From Azolla caroliniana (taxonomy: Eukaryota > Plantae > Polypodiophyta), in contig JBHGNT010000021.1 in assembly GCA_043228905.1 (NCBI GenBank), positions 1,550,001 to 1,614,000 of the forward strand: a stretch of 64,000 nt of DNA, given 5' to 3'. Of the stretch, positions 49,760 through 62,200 are shown in pieces. Numbering within the stretch: the stretch's first letter is position 1; each line of letters starts with the position of its first letter. Both the position numbers and the translations under genes were made by a program. The notes under the pieces are model-generated. The model saw only the letters and a program-made list of their open reading frames with translations, ran no database searches and was not told the origin of the DNA.

Positions 49760-52077
49760 TCTAGGAAATTGTTGTGGTCCACACAAGAAAAACAAAAAAA
49801 AAGAGTCCACAAGACTTCCAAAAGTCAAATGTGTGCGAGTCTTTCTTCTTGTCTTTATATGTAGAAAGAAACTTAATTGTTTTTCGCTGCTTCCGTGATG
49901 AACAAGGCATTTGCTGATGCAACGATTTCATCGCACCACATTTTCATGGACTCTTGGCAACTACGAGACCTTGTCATCACGTTAAAAAAAATAAATTACT
50001 CGTACATGATGAGCTAATCTGTCGGACTTCACATGTGACAAATGTTTGGAGGATTGTGCTCCGCCTATCCAGCAAGAAATTAGCATTCCCGAGTTGCCAC
50101 CATGGGGATACCTGGCCTTGAATGCTCGAGAAACATCGAGCATTGCCTTATCATAGTGTCGGGATAGTGCTCAATGAGCCTATTAAGCCAATTATACACA
50201 ATACCAAAAGAAACTCCTAAATATCCCTCATAATAGGGCGTCCCAACTTCCTCGATGGTTGCCAAACATTGTTTCAAGTTGGCTTTGTTTCATTGAATCG
50301 GTCAATGCGAGCAAGCCAATTGACATGACCAACCAACTAAATGGGTTGTAAATATTTAGGGATGGCTTTGTCACCATTGGAGAAATATAGAATTTGCCAT
50401 ATCGTCAATACTTTATCGACAAACCATGATTTTATGTCAATCAATTAGCAGTTATCATAGATCTGCAAACCTGTCTGAAGATCTTTGACGTTGGTGCCAT
50501 AACTCATGTGTGATCTCTAAGGACAATAAGAAAACCTATTTAGTATCTTGCACATACATCAAATACAGATATGTTAGTATATACGATATACATATAGTGA
50601 AACATTCACGTTCACTTTTAGTTTATTATATATGCAAACAATCCAAGATGTGCATGAGCATAAAAAAGAAGACATCATTTATCCCATGAGGGATCTACAC
50701 ATATTTTAATTGATTGTATCAAGAAAATTATACTTGCGATGTCTATACAAACTTAGAAACTTTACTCGTCCATTCAAAAGGCCGGTTCTTAAAATATCCA
50801 TTTGTTTTTCTTTTCAATGGCATAGTATTTCGAGCCTTGACAACAGAATGACAAATTGAAAGACATGTCCAAGTTTGATCCAATACACTGCAATGTTTGT
50901 TTAACGTTGTTTAGAATATGCCTTGCAAAAATGTTAGATTGCATAAAGTAAAATGATATGCATGGGACATTTGTTCTTTGAAAAGAAAATTCTAATCATT
51001 GATCCTAACCTTTTGCAATAAACATGATATCACTATCTAATATGCACAAACTTGTCGTAAAAAGAATCACAACTCAAAAAGTTAAAAGCAACTCAGCTAA
51101 TGAGACAACCATAACCTATAATTGGACATTCAACGGTTTGGGCTACATGGTGTACTTTCATGTCTGCCTACTCAAATAAATACCCTTCACCCTACAACAA
51201 ACCCCACATTTCTTGGGACAAATGGTTTTATACCACATCAACATGGATGAGTGGCAACTCAAAAAAAAGGTAATATTGTGGATGTTGTAATATTTCATCA
51301 CAATCTCTTTTTTCAATAATGCATTCTATAATAGATTGTAACTATAAATAATACTTTGGATGCCTCAAAAAATATGCATGTTGCTTAATGTTTTAATTAT
51401 TAGATCTTTGTGACACCTATTTTTTTAACATGGTTTGATCGGTCAATCTGAGCATTGTATTTCATAGGGTTGTTCTACGAAATTTGTTATATTATATAGT
51501 TTCAACATAATTGTTTATTACATAAAGTTCAATTTCCTTGTGGTTTTTCTTTACTCATTATATGTAAATGATTTTCGAACTTACCTTACGAATATTATGA
51601 GAGAGGACCTACAATTCTCAATCATTTCTTCACTTTCACTCAACTTCAATAACTTTCACAATTACAGTGTGTTCCGAGAGTGTTTTATACACATAGATTG
51701 AGGAACATATATCCTTGTATTATTTAATCGAACAGATGGACATCCATGACAAAGCTATTGGTAACAACTTACTTTTGTTAAACCAATTGAACTATTGCCT
51801 ATTTATTTATTTTTGTTGTAGAACACTAACCTTCCACTAGTTCTAGGTTACACTTATCACATGGGTCTTCCTCAATTACTTTTTCATCAAATGTCTTAAG
51901 AATATGCACATCTTTCCATCTTTTCTCCACCGTTTTGTTGAACTACGATTTTACACGTCTCCCAGATAGAAAGACAAGCAAACGTGTTTTGAACCTTGTC
52001 CAAATTATGGTTGCAATAAGTCCCATAAAAAACTAATTACATGCTTAATTGTAATTGCCATGTCATTATTTGGATCA

Positions 52078-52404
52078 ATTTTGAAACTAAAGTAGATATT
52101 TTCATAGTTCTATAACTTATAAGCATATTTGTACAAATAACATAGATGTTTACACATTGGTTTTACTGTTCCTATCCAAGTAATGAGCAATTCCATAAAT
52201 GGTGTGTTTAAGGTCCCATAACATTGTATAATAGATCTATTTTGAAACTAAAGTAAATATTTTCATAGTTCTATAACTTATAAGCATATTTGTACAAATA
52301 ACATAGATGTTTACACATTGGTTTTACTGTTCCTATCCAAGTAATGAGCAATTCCATAAATGGTGTGTTTAAGGTCCCATAACATTGTATAATAGATCTA
52401 TTTT
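52078..52404. repeat. Near-perfect 161-bp tandem duplication
   Basis: Units start at 52078 and 52239; one mismatch seen (gtagat/gtaaat); ATTTT at the junctions. Confidence 0.95.
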
Positions 52405-53293
52405 AAAAAATGAAAAAAGGCAACTCTTGGATATCCGTCATCCCACCATCAAGCTAACTGCAGTGATCCATGATTGTCTTACATAAATACACAGCTTATA
52501 GTCGAACTAAAATACCATTATCTTCTTCAAACACTTTAATGAATTCAAAGCTGTGCTTATATTTGAGGATCTAAAAAATTTCAAATATAAGAGGCAGCTA
52601 TGAAATTTTGTTTTATACCTAATAGAACATGAATCTTAACCAAATCTTTTTTTTGGGAATTATAGATGATAAAAATAGAGATATATGGAGCTTAGGGAAG
52701 ACGTATGAAGCCCCAACAGCGCTTCATGTGAAATCTAACAAATATCCAACACTTCCCACCAATTCATGGAATTTGGGCAATCAAAAAGAGAACAATGCAC
52801 CCAGATGCAATTTAATTACTTCCACGAGCAGTTCCCTAGCATTATCTAGGACACAAAAAGCTTATAAGTAGACATGTTTGGTAAATTAGTTTGGCTCATG
52901 GTATCAACAAAGCACTTAAAAGCAAAGGAGGCAAAGATGACCAATGAGAAAATGAAAAAAACGGACCATGTTGAATAATCTTATTACACATGAACAGGTG
53001 TCCATTGATTTATGCTCTTTGGCGAGTTTTTATCTCGTACAAGTATTTGGTGGATGTGACTTGAAAGAGCAATCTTCGGAGAAGTTTTCCCAATTCTCAC
53101 AAAAACATTACAAAGTGATTATTATTAGGAAGCTTACAAACCATCCAAGAGTATTATTCTCCTAGAGCACCAATGAACCAAAGACATATGTTTGATGGAA
53201 CAGAAACCAGGACCTCGTGTTCCCGATCTTATGATGTTCACAAAGCAACAGTTTTGCTTTTTTGCTTTTTTGATTTTTTGATTTTTACTAGAG

Positions 53294-56200
53294 CTACTTT
53301 GGTCTGCTCCTATCATTGTGGAAAATATCTTCTGTCATGGATTTGATAGATTTCCCCACACGTCCCAAATTCTTCCCTACCGCAGCTGCAACTAGGCCAG
53401 CACTCCGAATGAACCTGGATTTACCATCCCCTATCATTAATGATGCCCCAGTAATATTGCAATAACAAAGAAAAATTTAAGCCTAGAAGTTCTCTCTAAT
53501 AAAACAAATGAGATAAGCACATACTTGGTGCTGAACTCTTCCGCAGAAAATCCCCTTGCTGTACTAGAGGAGCGCACTGGCGATGGCAGGTGTGGCATTA
53601 CAGGTGCACCTGATATGCATAATGATTCATGAACAGTAAGAAAAACGGTTAAGAAATTAGAAAAAGACCAAAACTACCACAATAATAAAAAAATGTTGCC
53701 ACCAACTTCAACAAAGTTAGCAGTGCTATTTTATGGTGATTTAGATCTTTGATTAATTATATACGCATTCGACCACTTACATAAATATTTCAGAAATGTG
53801 TTAAATGGCTTGTCTTGAGAAAGAGTAGTTTCGCGTGAACTACACTAAGAAAACATCATTCTTGAGGACACAAGGTCATAAAGGTCCCATATGACATATT
53901 CATTTATGGGAGAATCCTTTGTGTTAAATCCAACATCCATTCTAATTTATGAGCCATCTAACACCATGCTTATCCATGTATCCACATAACCTAGGCTGCC
54001 AACACTCTTTCTCTTTGAGAAGTACTTCATTTTATATTGGCAAGTTCAAACACTACGTCCTTATTAACATTTGCTAAATCATGAGCTTTTTCAACCCTCA
54101 CAGCATTCCTTCAAGGTATAATAATGCAAAACTCACCTTCATTATTCTCATCGCTCTTGCGATTCAGTTGTTCTTGCTTGGCTACTGTTGTCCCATGTGA
54201 TGATGACCCCCTTTCAGCCATCATCTTCAAAGGAAAAAAGTGTACAGATGTCAAACACAAATTCAAGACAAAGCTATAAGACTGAAAATGAAGAAACTCC
54301 TGTACGTTGATTCTTCAATGCATTACCACAAGCAGCTACACGATATACCTTCACAAACTCAACAAAATTTTGGAGCTCGCTTCTTGCCAATATAGACTAA
54401 AAAGGACCTTCAATAAAAGGAAATGTATAAGTGGCAAAGAAATGCACATGGCTAAAAGGATGGAATGAACTATGCAATTCAAACGATCTGCAGTAGATGA
54501 TGAGGTTTCCTATAAGCTCCATACTTAAGTTACTAGATGTTCATCTACTGATAAGTAGAAATCAACCATTAGGGCTATTCATCATTGTTGAATTAACATT
54601 GATATCTATAAAGCTCGCAATCATTTCGCATATTTTTGTTCGAGATTTCATATCTTGGAATCACAACGCCCCAATTTCGAAGTACACATGTCCTAAGTTG
54701 TGGTTGCTGGCCTTAAGGCCTAAGAAAGGAGTGTATCTTGTAGTGGGCCATCTTTGTACCAAGTGATATTTTGGGGCTGATTCATGTTGACATATTTCGG
54801 TAGTGATGTGTGTGAACACACTTAGGACACTGCTGTGTGAACACAGTTAGGATAGTGATTAGGACAGTGATTTGTTGATGATATGTTGCTCAGTGGTCCC
54901 AATGAGAAGCATATTGCTGAATTTAAGGCTGATTTGCATGCCTCTTTTGAGATGTCAGATTTGGGGCATTTGCATCATTATTTGGGCATTCAATTTATGC
55001 AAGTTGATGGTGGAACAGCTTTGTGTCAATCGAAAGACATTGACACATTATTGCAGCGTTTTGGCCTTGAAGACTGTAAACCTATTGCCTCTCCCATGGA
55101 GACAGGTTTATGTTTGAGCCTTCATGATGCTGGAGATGCATTTGATCCTGTTCTCTATCAGCAGGCAGTTGGATGCTTGATTTACTTATGCATAACCCGA
55201 CCTGATATTCAGTTTGTTGTCTCTCAAATGAGCAGGTTTATGCATTGCCCAGGAGTTAAGCATTGGCAGGCAATTAAGCACATCTTTCGCTACTTGAGTG
55301 GTACCCAGTCACTTTGGTTGTTTTATCCGAAAGGGAGAACACTACCGCCAGACCTGCATGCTTTTTCTGACTCTGATTGGGCTGGTTGTTATGACACTCG
55401 TGTGTCCACAAGTGGTTTTTGCTTCATGCTTGGTAGCTCATGCATATCTTGGTTGAGCAAGAAGCAGCTTACTGTGGCCACTTCAAGTTGCGAGGCTGAG
55501 TATAGGGCAGCTTTCACAGCTACAGTTGAGTGTGTGTGGCTCAGACGTCTTTTAGCTGATTTGGGTGTTGGTCAGTCTTCTGCCACCACCATCTTCACTG
55601 ACAGTCAATGCGCAATGGCAGTTGCGAGGAACCCTGTGTTCCATGCTCGTACTAAGCACATTGAGGTGCATTATCACTATGTCAGGGAAAGGTTCTCCGC
55701 TGGAGAGATCAGTTTGGCTTATGTGCCCACGCAAGAGAACATTGCAGACCTCTTCACAAAGGCTCTGTCTAAGCAGAAGTTTGAAGCTTTCCGCAAAGCT
55801 TTAGGCTTACTTCCATTTGTGGATTGATCTCTATCCACATAGCTTGGCACTTGCTTAGTCATGAGTGCTAGCTCCTTGTTCACCGCATCACTCCCATGGG
55901 GGATTTGTTGACATATTTCGGTAGTGACGTGTGTGAACACACTTAGGACAGTGCTGTGTGAACACACTTAGGATAGTGATGTGTGTGAACACACTTAGGA
56001 CAGTGATGTGTGAACACACTTAGGACAATGATATGTGTGAACACACTTAGGACAACAGGGGCATTTTTCCCCTCTTTAGGAGGTTTTTTCCCCCTGTCTA
56101 TATATACTCTCATAACCCTAAAGTGGGTAAGCTTTTTGGGATTCAAAGCAAGAACCCAACAATTCATGTTATCTTGTTTTTCGAGTTAATAATATCAGTT

Positions 56201-59200
56201 CGGATCACTCTATTCTTTTTCACTTTGGTCATATTTAGATGGGGAGATTCCAAACTATATTGGAATGGGGGTACTGCATTTATACTCATGCCACGTGACT
56301 CGAACCATTGCTGCATTTTGGCATACCAACAATGAATGTCTCCATTTTCTGATAGTTGTCTTGGACATAAGTGCCAACCTTGGGTACCTTCGTTTTTGGG
56401 GAGCTACCAAAAACGTTGGATACATGTCACTGATCGGAAAAATGCCACGGCGATTATAGGTGCCGCTCCCATCTCTGCCCAGATTCTAACATGGGGCACC
56501 GATGCTTTGCTCCTTATCATGCAGGCAATCATTCACATTAAAGGTCTCTCTAAATCTTTCCAATGATTTGCCTTGTTAAGACTCGGTTCCCACGTTTCTA
56601 CTCCATAGAGAAGATTTGGTGTGACAAGTGTATCAAATAACCACGGCTTAGTTTGTGGCTCTTTGAACTGCAAATGTGCACATTTCTTTCGAGAGTACCA
56701 AGGGTTGCATATCCACGAGAAAGTCGGGCACAAGCAGCCTCCCTTAAGGAGAACCTAGGTCCTGTAAATGTTACTCCTAGGTATGTGTAGGAGCGTGTGT
56801 ATTCCACCTTTGCCTCTCCCAAGGAGAATTCCGGTTTTGATCATGTTACCCATGCTTGAGTGGTGTTAAACACCATCATTTTTGTTTTATCCATGTTGAT
56901 TGACAAACCTTTGTCCGTACAAAATAGTTTTAAGGCATTTAGATGTCTTTGTAGTCCCTCCGGAGAGTCAGAAATCAGCACAATAGTTTTACCCATGCTT
57001 GAGTAGTGTTAAAGGAGGATGTGGGAGTTAGAGAGGTAGTAATGGGTAGTAATATACGATAGAGGGTGATGGGGAGTAATATATCAAGGGGGATTTAGGG
57101 ATCTATTAAGTTTAGTTTTAACTAGATATTAAGGTAAAGATTTGGACTTAGTCCAACATATAAAAGGCCTAGGGATATTTTTAAGTTCGAGATCTAGGCT
57201 AAGGTTAGCGTGTAAGTCGTGTAGAAGTGTTTGGATGCCTAATTTGGGAGTGTTTTTAGAGTATCTAAGCCTAAAAATGGTGGGGGTAAGGGATGATTTA
57301 GTTTTTTGCTTATGGAGAAGGGTGTGTCTAAGAGGAAAAGGATGATTACTAAAGTGCCAAGGATAAAAGGGGGTGGGTAACCTTGATTGATGAGTCTATG
57401 AAAGAAACGTTTTTTCATTTCTAAGTTACCTAATGGTGTGCTTTCCCTAACTAGGTAACGTTTCAACTCATTAGTAATAAAATGTTGTTTAATATGCATG
57501 GGATGGTCTCAAGAGAAAGAGAGATATTGGTAGGAAATGGGTGGTTTTTGGAAACAATTAAAAGAGAACTTAGAGTTCTCTACATTGATCCAAACATCTA
57601 AGAATGGGAGTCTAGTAGGGGTGGTTTTGATAGTGAGCTTAATAGAATTATTGGTTTTAAGGCTATAAAAGTTGAGAAACTCAAGAAGTTGAGGTTTGGT
57701 ACCTACCCAAACCCCGAATGCTTCTTCAATATCTAGTGAAGTAGAAGAGATGAGGTGTAGATTGGGAATTTTCTAGGTGAGATAAGAAAAGACATGCATA
57801 GAAAACCGAGAAGTTACTATCATAGTTGTTCCTTTGACTTGATTATCAAAGGGTAAGCAATGGTATTTAGGATTACGGCAATAAGGGTATAGATAAGATT
57901 AGTTTTAGCTAAAGAGAAATAGGGAGAGATAATGTGACGGAGTGTTTCTAGTCTTAATTTAAGGGGGATATCGGGATAAAGAGATTCTACATCAAAAGAG
58001 AAGATAAAAACTATTAGGAGGGTGTAGGTTTTCTAGTTTTTGGATGAGGGAGTGTGAGTCTTTGAGGTATTGGGTTTGGAGTAATAAAATGGGTAAGAGT
58101 TGGTAGTGCAACCATTTAGAGGTTTGTTCGAAGATTGAGTTATTATAAGAGAAAATGGGTCTGAAACCTATAGGTGTTTTATGGCCTTTGGGAGAAAATA
58201 GATGTTGGACACTTGGTACCCTTTTAGGGGTTTATGGAGTATATAGTTGGCTTCTAAAATAGAGAGCGTTCCTAGGTTTTTCTTAACTATAATATTAAGT
58301 CGGTGTAAGAGTTCTAACGGGAAGTGGATTACTTTCTTGTAAGTGGTGGTATCGACGAGATGGTTTATGGCCTTTTCATAAAATAGGTGTCCTTGTCTAG
58401 GACACACACTGATGTTTTTGTCGATCGGGAGAATGATAATTTGTATATTATTTCTAAGGCTTTTAAAGGCTGTGCGGCAGTGTAGTGGTGTTCTAGTGGG
58501 TTTGGGTCTAGGCTATTGAGTTTTTGTCTAAGGAGGATTTCAGGTTTTTTAATTATATCCTCAGGAGGAGGATATTTAAAGGGTGGTTTCCAATTAGGAT
58601 TAGGTAATTTGAATGGATTGAGAGGGGGTGAGTTATTATGTACACAGAAATGTTGTAAAACGTTAGGACTTAAACTAGCAAATTCCTAAGGATGATAGTG
58701 GGCGTGGGAAGAGAGGAAGGTGGAATGTATTTAAGTGCTAAACCTAGTAATTGTGTTTCATTTTTTGTCAAGGGGTGCTATGATAGGTTATTGATTTTAC
58801 TATCTATTTCAAGGTTTTGGTTTCCAAAATTTTGTTCTTTGTCTATTTTTACGGGGTTTCTTAAGGTGTGGGAGGAAAGGGAATGATGTTTCTACCTTTC
58901 CTAGCCACATGAAGGTGTCAGAGGTAGAGGTGGGCCTATTAAGGATGCAAAATAAATGCTTACAAGGGTGAACAGTGTGTCTAAAGTGCTTATTGACACG
59001 TTTAGCACGCACCCAATTATCAAAAAGTAATGTAGGGCCATCGGTGTGATAGATGAGTGAGGGGGAGAAAGAGGGGAGAAGAGGAAACGCTTGATCAAAG
59101 GGGCCGCGTAAGTGTGTAGGGAAAGGGGACTTTGAGGGGGGGAACAAAGAGTGGGGGGTAATTAGGGTTATCCTTCTTTGCGTGTAGAGAAGGAGTTGGG

Positions 59201-62200
59201 AGAAGGGGCGGCGCGTATATATGTCGATTGCCATACGCAGTCCCGTGCAACGCACTATGGGATGAGGGGAAGGGGTGTGCAAGCTGGCTATCATACTCAG
59301 TCCCACACTCAATTACAAGGGGGGGGGGGGGAAGGCGGATGATTAAGGCCGAGGTCAGTAGTAGCTCCATGATGAACGTTCTGGAGGAGCTGACGTCTTC
59401 GTGTTGCCCCATCATCAAAGGACTTCTTATGCGTGTAGTGGTGAAAAAGAAGGGGTGGATGATCTTGGTGATGGTTCTGAGCGGCATTAGTTTGTTGAAA
59501 TTATTGATTTGATGTATTTGGCAAGTACGGTCGATGATTAGCCGGTGGAAGCTCATGGACGATATTTGAAGACATTGGACCAGCTTAGTTGGGAGAATGA
59601 TGAGGGCCAGTTGCTGTGAATAACATCGGATGACGAGGATATAGTTATGTCGAATGGTATTGGTGTGGTACATTCCTGGATTGTGGTATGTGAGGGTTAT
59701 AGAAATGGACTTTCGGTCCTTTAGGGTTGGGATAGGAGTTAATTATTTGTTTGACTTCATTGGTTGTCATGTTGCAAGAGATTCAATGCTTGGTGGCGAG
59801 GTCATGGTGGTGGTTTCAAGTTATTATTGGACATAGGGTTAGAATTAGTATTAGGATAAGGGTTGAGGTTCAAGTTAGGGTTCTTGTTATGGTTAGGGTT
59901 TAATTTAAAATTTAGATTTTTGGGGTTACGGTTTTTGTTAAGGTTAATAGTATTATTCATCCCATTTTCTTCAGGAATCATGTATGAGGGACTATCATAA
60001 AAAACTTCGTTTTCGTTTTCGTTGTCTCCATCATCCATTGTGATATCTATCTCTCTAATATTGCTAAGATTATTATATCTATTATGTGCTTGTATTTTAT
60101 CTCTCATTTCTATAGCAGTTTTCTTAAGTGTGTCATCTATATTATGATTAAGAGTGAATTCATCACACATTTTTAGGATTTTTGAGACAAAATCTTGTAG
60201 CAAATTTTTAATGGTTTCTTAAAAATTGGTGGGTTCTACATAAGATGACACATCTTGTACATGTTGGGGTTCTTGAAGGATAATGGCAAAGTTATTCAAA
60301 TCTGACCTCACGGTATTAGGGAAGTCATCTAAAGTTTTAGTGTAGGAATGGACTAGTATGTCTAAATGCTTAATATAACTACTAGTAAGATCCTTATTGT
60401 ATTGATCAGCAAGGGATAGAAAGTCATTATACATACTAGTGTTGATTTCTTCGTCATCTATCTTTAGCTTAGGGGGATGAGTTCTAAGGCGATAAGGGAT
60501 TAAATCATGAGAGTAGAAGTTTGAGCTCCTACTAACGGTGTTTTTGGTTTGTTTTTACGTTTAAAGAGTTGTTTAAATTCAGCAAAAACTCTAGTTTTAT
60601 ATTCATCTAAATATTTAGAGTAGAACGATGTATTACATGACAATACCTTACTATTGGAAGTGGAGTTGTTGAGTGAGGGAGATTGGAACCCAAAGTGAAC
60701 CTACATCGACAGCCCCCGAGCAACCATCCTGTGACGATTTCCCTCAGCCTGCGGTGATGACGTTTGCAACAATGGCCTACCCTCATCAAGCAAAATAGTG
60801 CTAACAAAAGGCCACATAAATGCCCCCAAGATAATATTCTCTCCCTCCCTCAACAACTCTACATCTAATACTAAGGTACCGTCATCTACGACATCATTTT
60901 TCTCTAAACATTTAGAAAAATATAAAACTAGTTTGTTAGCTGAATTTAAACAACTCTTTAAATGTACAAAACAAGCTAAAAATACCCTTAGTAGAATCTC
61001 GAATAATCTCATGATTTAATCCCTAGTTTTTATATCTTACTACTCAATATAATAAGGATCTTACCAATAGTTACATTAAGCATCTAGACCTTCTAGTCCA
61101 TACCTACACTAAAACTTTAGATGACTTCCCCAATATTGTTAGGTTCGATTTAAATAACTTTATTGTTATCCTTCAAAAACCCTAACATTTACAAGATGTA
61201 TCAGCTTATGTAGACCTGCCATTTTTCAAGAAATTGTTAAAACTTGGCTACAAGAGTTTGCTTCAAAAAATTTGCAGATGTGTGATGAATTCGTGCTTAA
61301 TCATGATATAGATGATACACTTAAAAAAACAACCACAGAAATGACAGATAAAATACAAGCACATAATGGCTATGCTAGCCCTAGTAATGTCAGAGAGATA
61401 GATCTCACAAGGGAGGATGCAAAAGAAGGAAATGAAACTGATTATTTTTATGGTAGTCCCTCATACATGATTCCGGAAGCAAATGGGATAAATCATACAA
61501 AACAAATTGTCTATTATACTATTAATCTCAATAAAAATAACTTCAACCCCACACCTAACCCTAGGCAAAATCTAAACTTTAAACTAAACCCTAACCCTAA
61601 TCCTAACGACGCTAACCCTAACTTTATATTCAAAAACATTACTAACCCTTAATCCTTACCCTATCCCTAACCCTAATACTTCCAATAATAACTTGAAACA
61701 CGACCACGGCACCAAGCATCCAAACTTCTCTTCACCTACAACACCGTAACCAATGAAGTCAAACAAACAATTAACCCCCATCCCAACCCTAATGGACCAA
61801 AAGTCCATTTCTATAACCCTCACCTACCCCCGTTTACGAATCTCTGCACCAACACCATACATATCGTAACCATCCGACATAACCATATCCTCTTCATTCA
61901 ACAGTATTCCCATCAATTGGTCCTGACCATCTTCCCAACCTAGCTAGTCAAGTGCCTCCATGTATCACCCACGAACTTCACTCACCTCATAATTGTCAAT
62001 CGTACTTGCCAAATACATCAAATCAACAATTTCAACGACCTCATATTGTTAGGAACCACCACTGGGATCACCCGTACCCTCTCCTTCACCGCCACAACAT
62101 AGACATGTCTGCCCTTCCAGCACATTCACCACGAAGCTACTACCAGCTACGGCTATAATCACACTCCCTTGCACCATCCTATATATGAGCATGGAACTGT

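Larger units (their letters stand above)
54705..56986 (-). mobile_element. RTE-type LINE internal fragment (RT C-half), truncated at both ends, interrupted by a copia
   Basis: IVLISDSPEGLQRHLNAL..FC...GLSINMDKTK, YTYLGVTF, LFDTLVTP.LLYGVETW. Removing 54785-56166 restores colinearity with 3460-3710. Confidence 0.88.

Noticed and set aside
54488-54565. Hammerhead ribozyme candidate (CAGTAGATGA/TCATCTACTG stem, then CTGATAAGTAGAAA) near the PLE
   Set aside because: The core is CTGATAA rather than CTGANGA, there is no stem II, the cleavage triplet is misplaced, and the second repeat copy lacks it.
55925-56056. CRISPR-like array of palindromic repeats
   Set aside because: Units are head-to-tail with no unique spacers and lie inside a TSD-bounded copia LTR in eukaryotic DNA.
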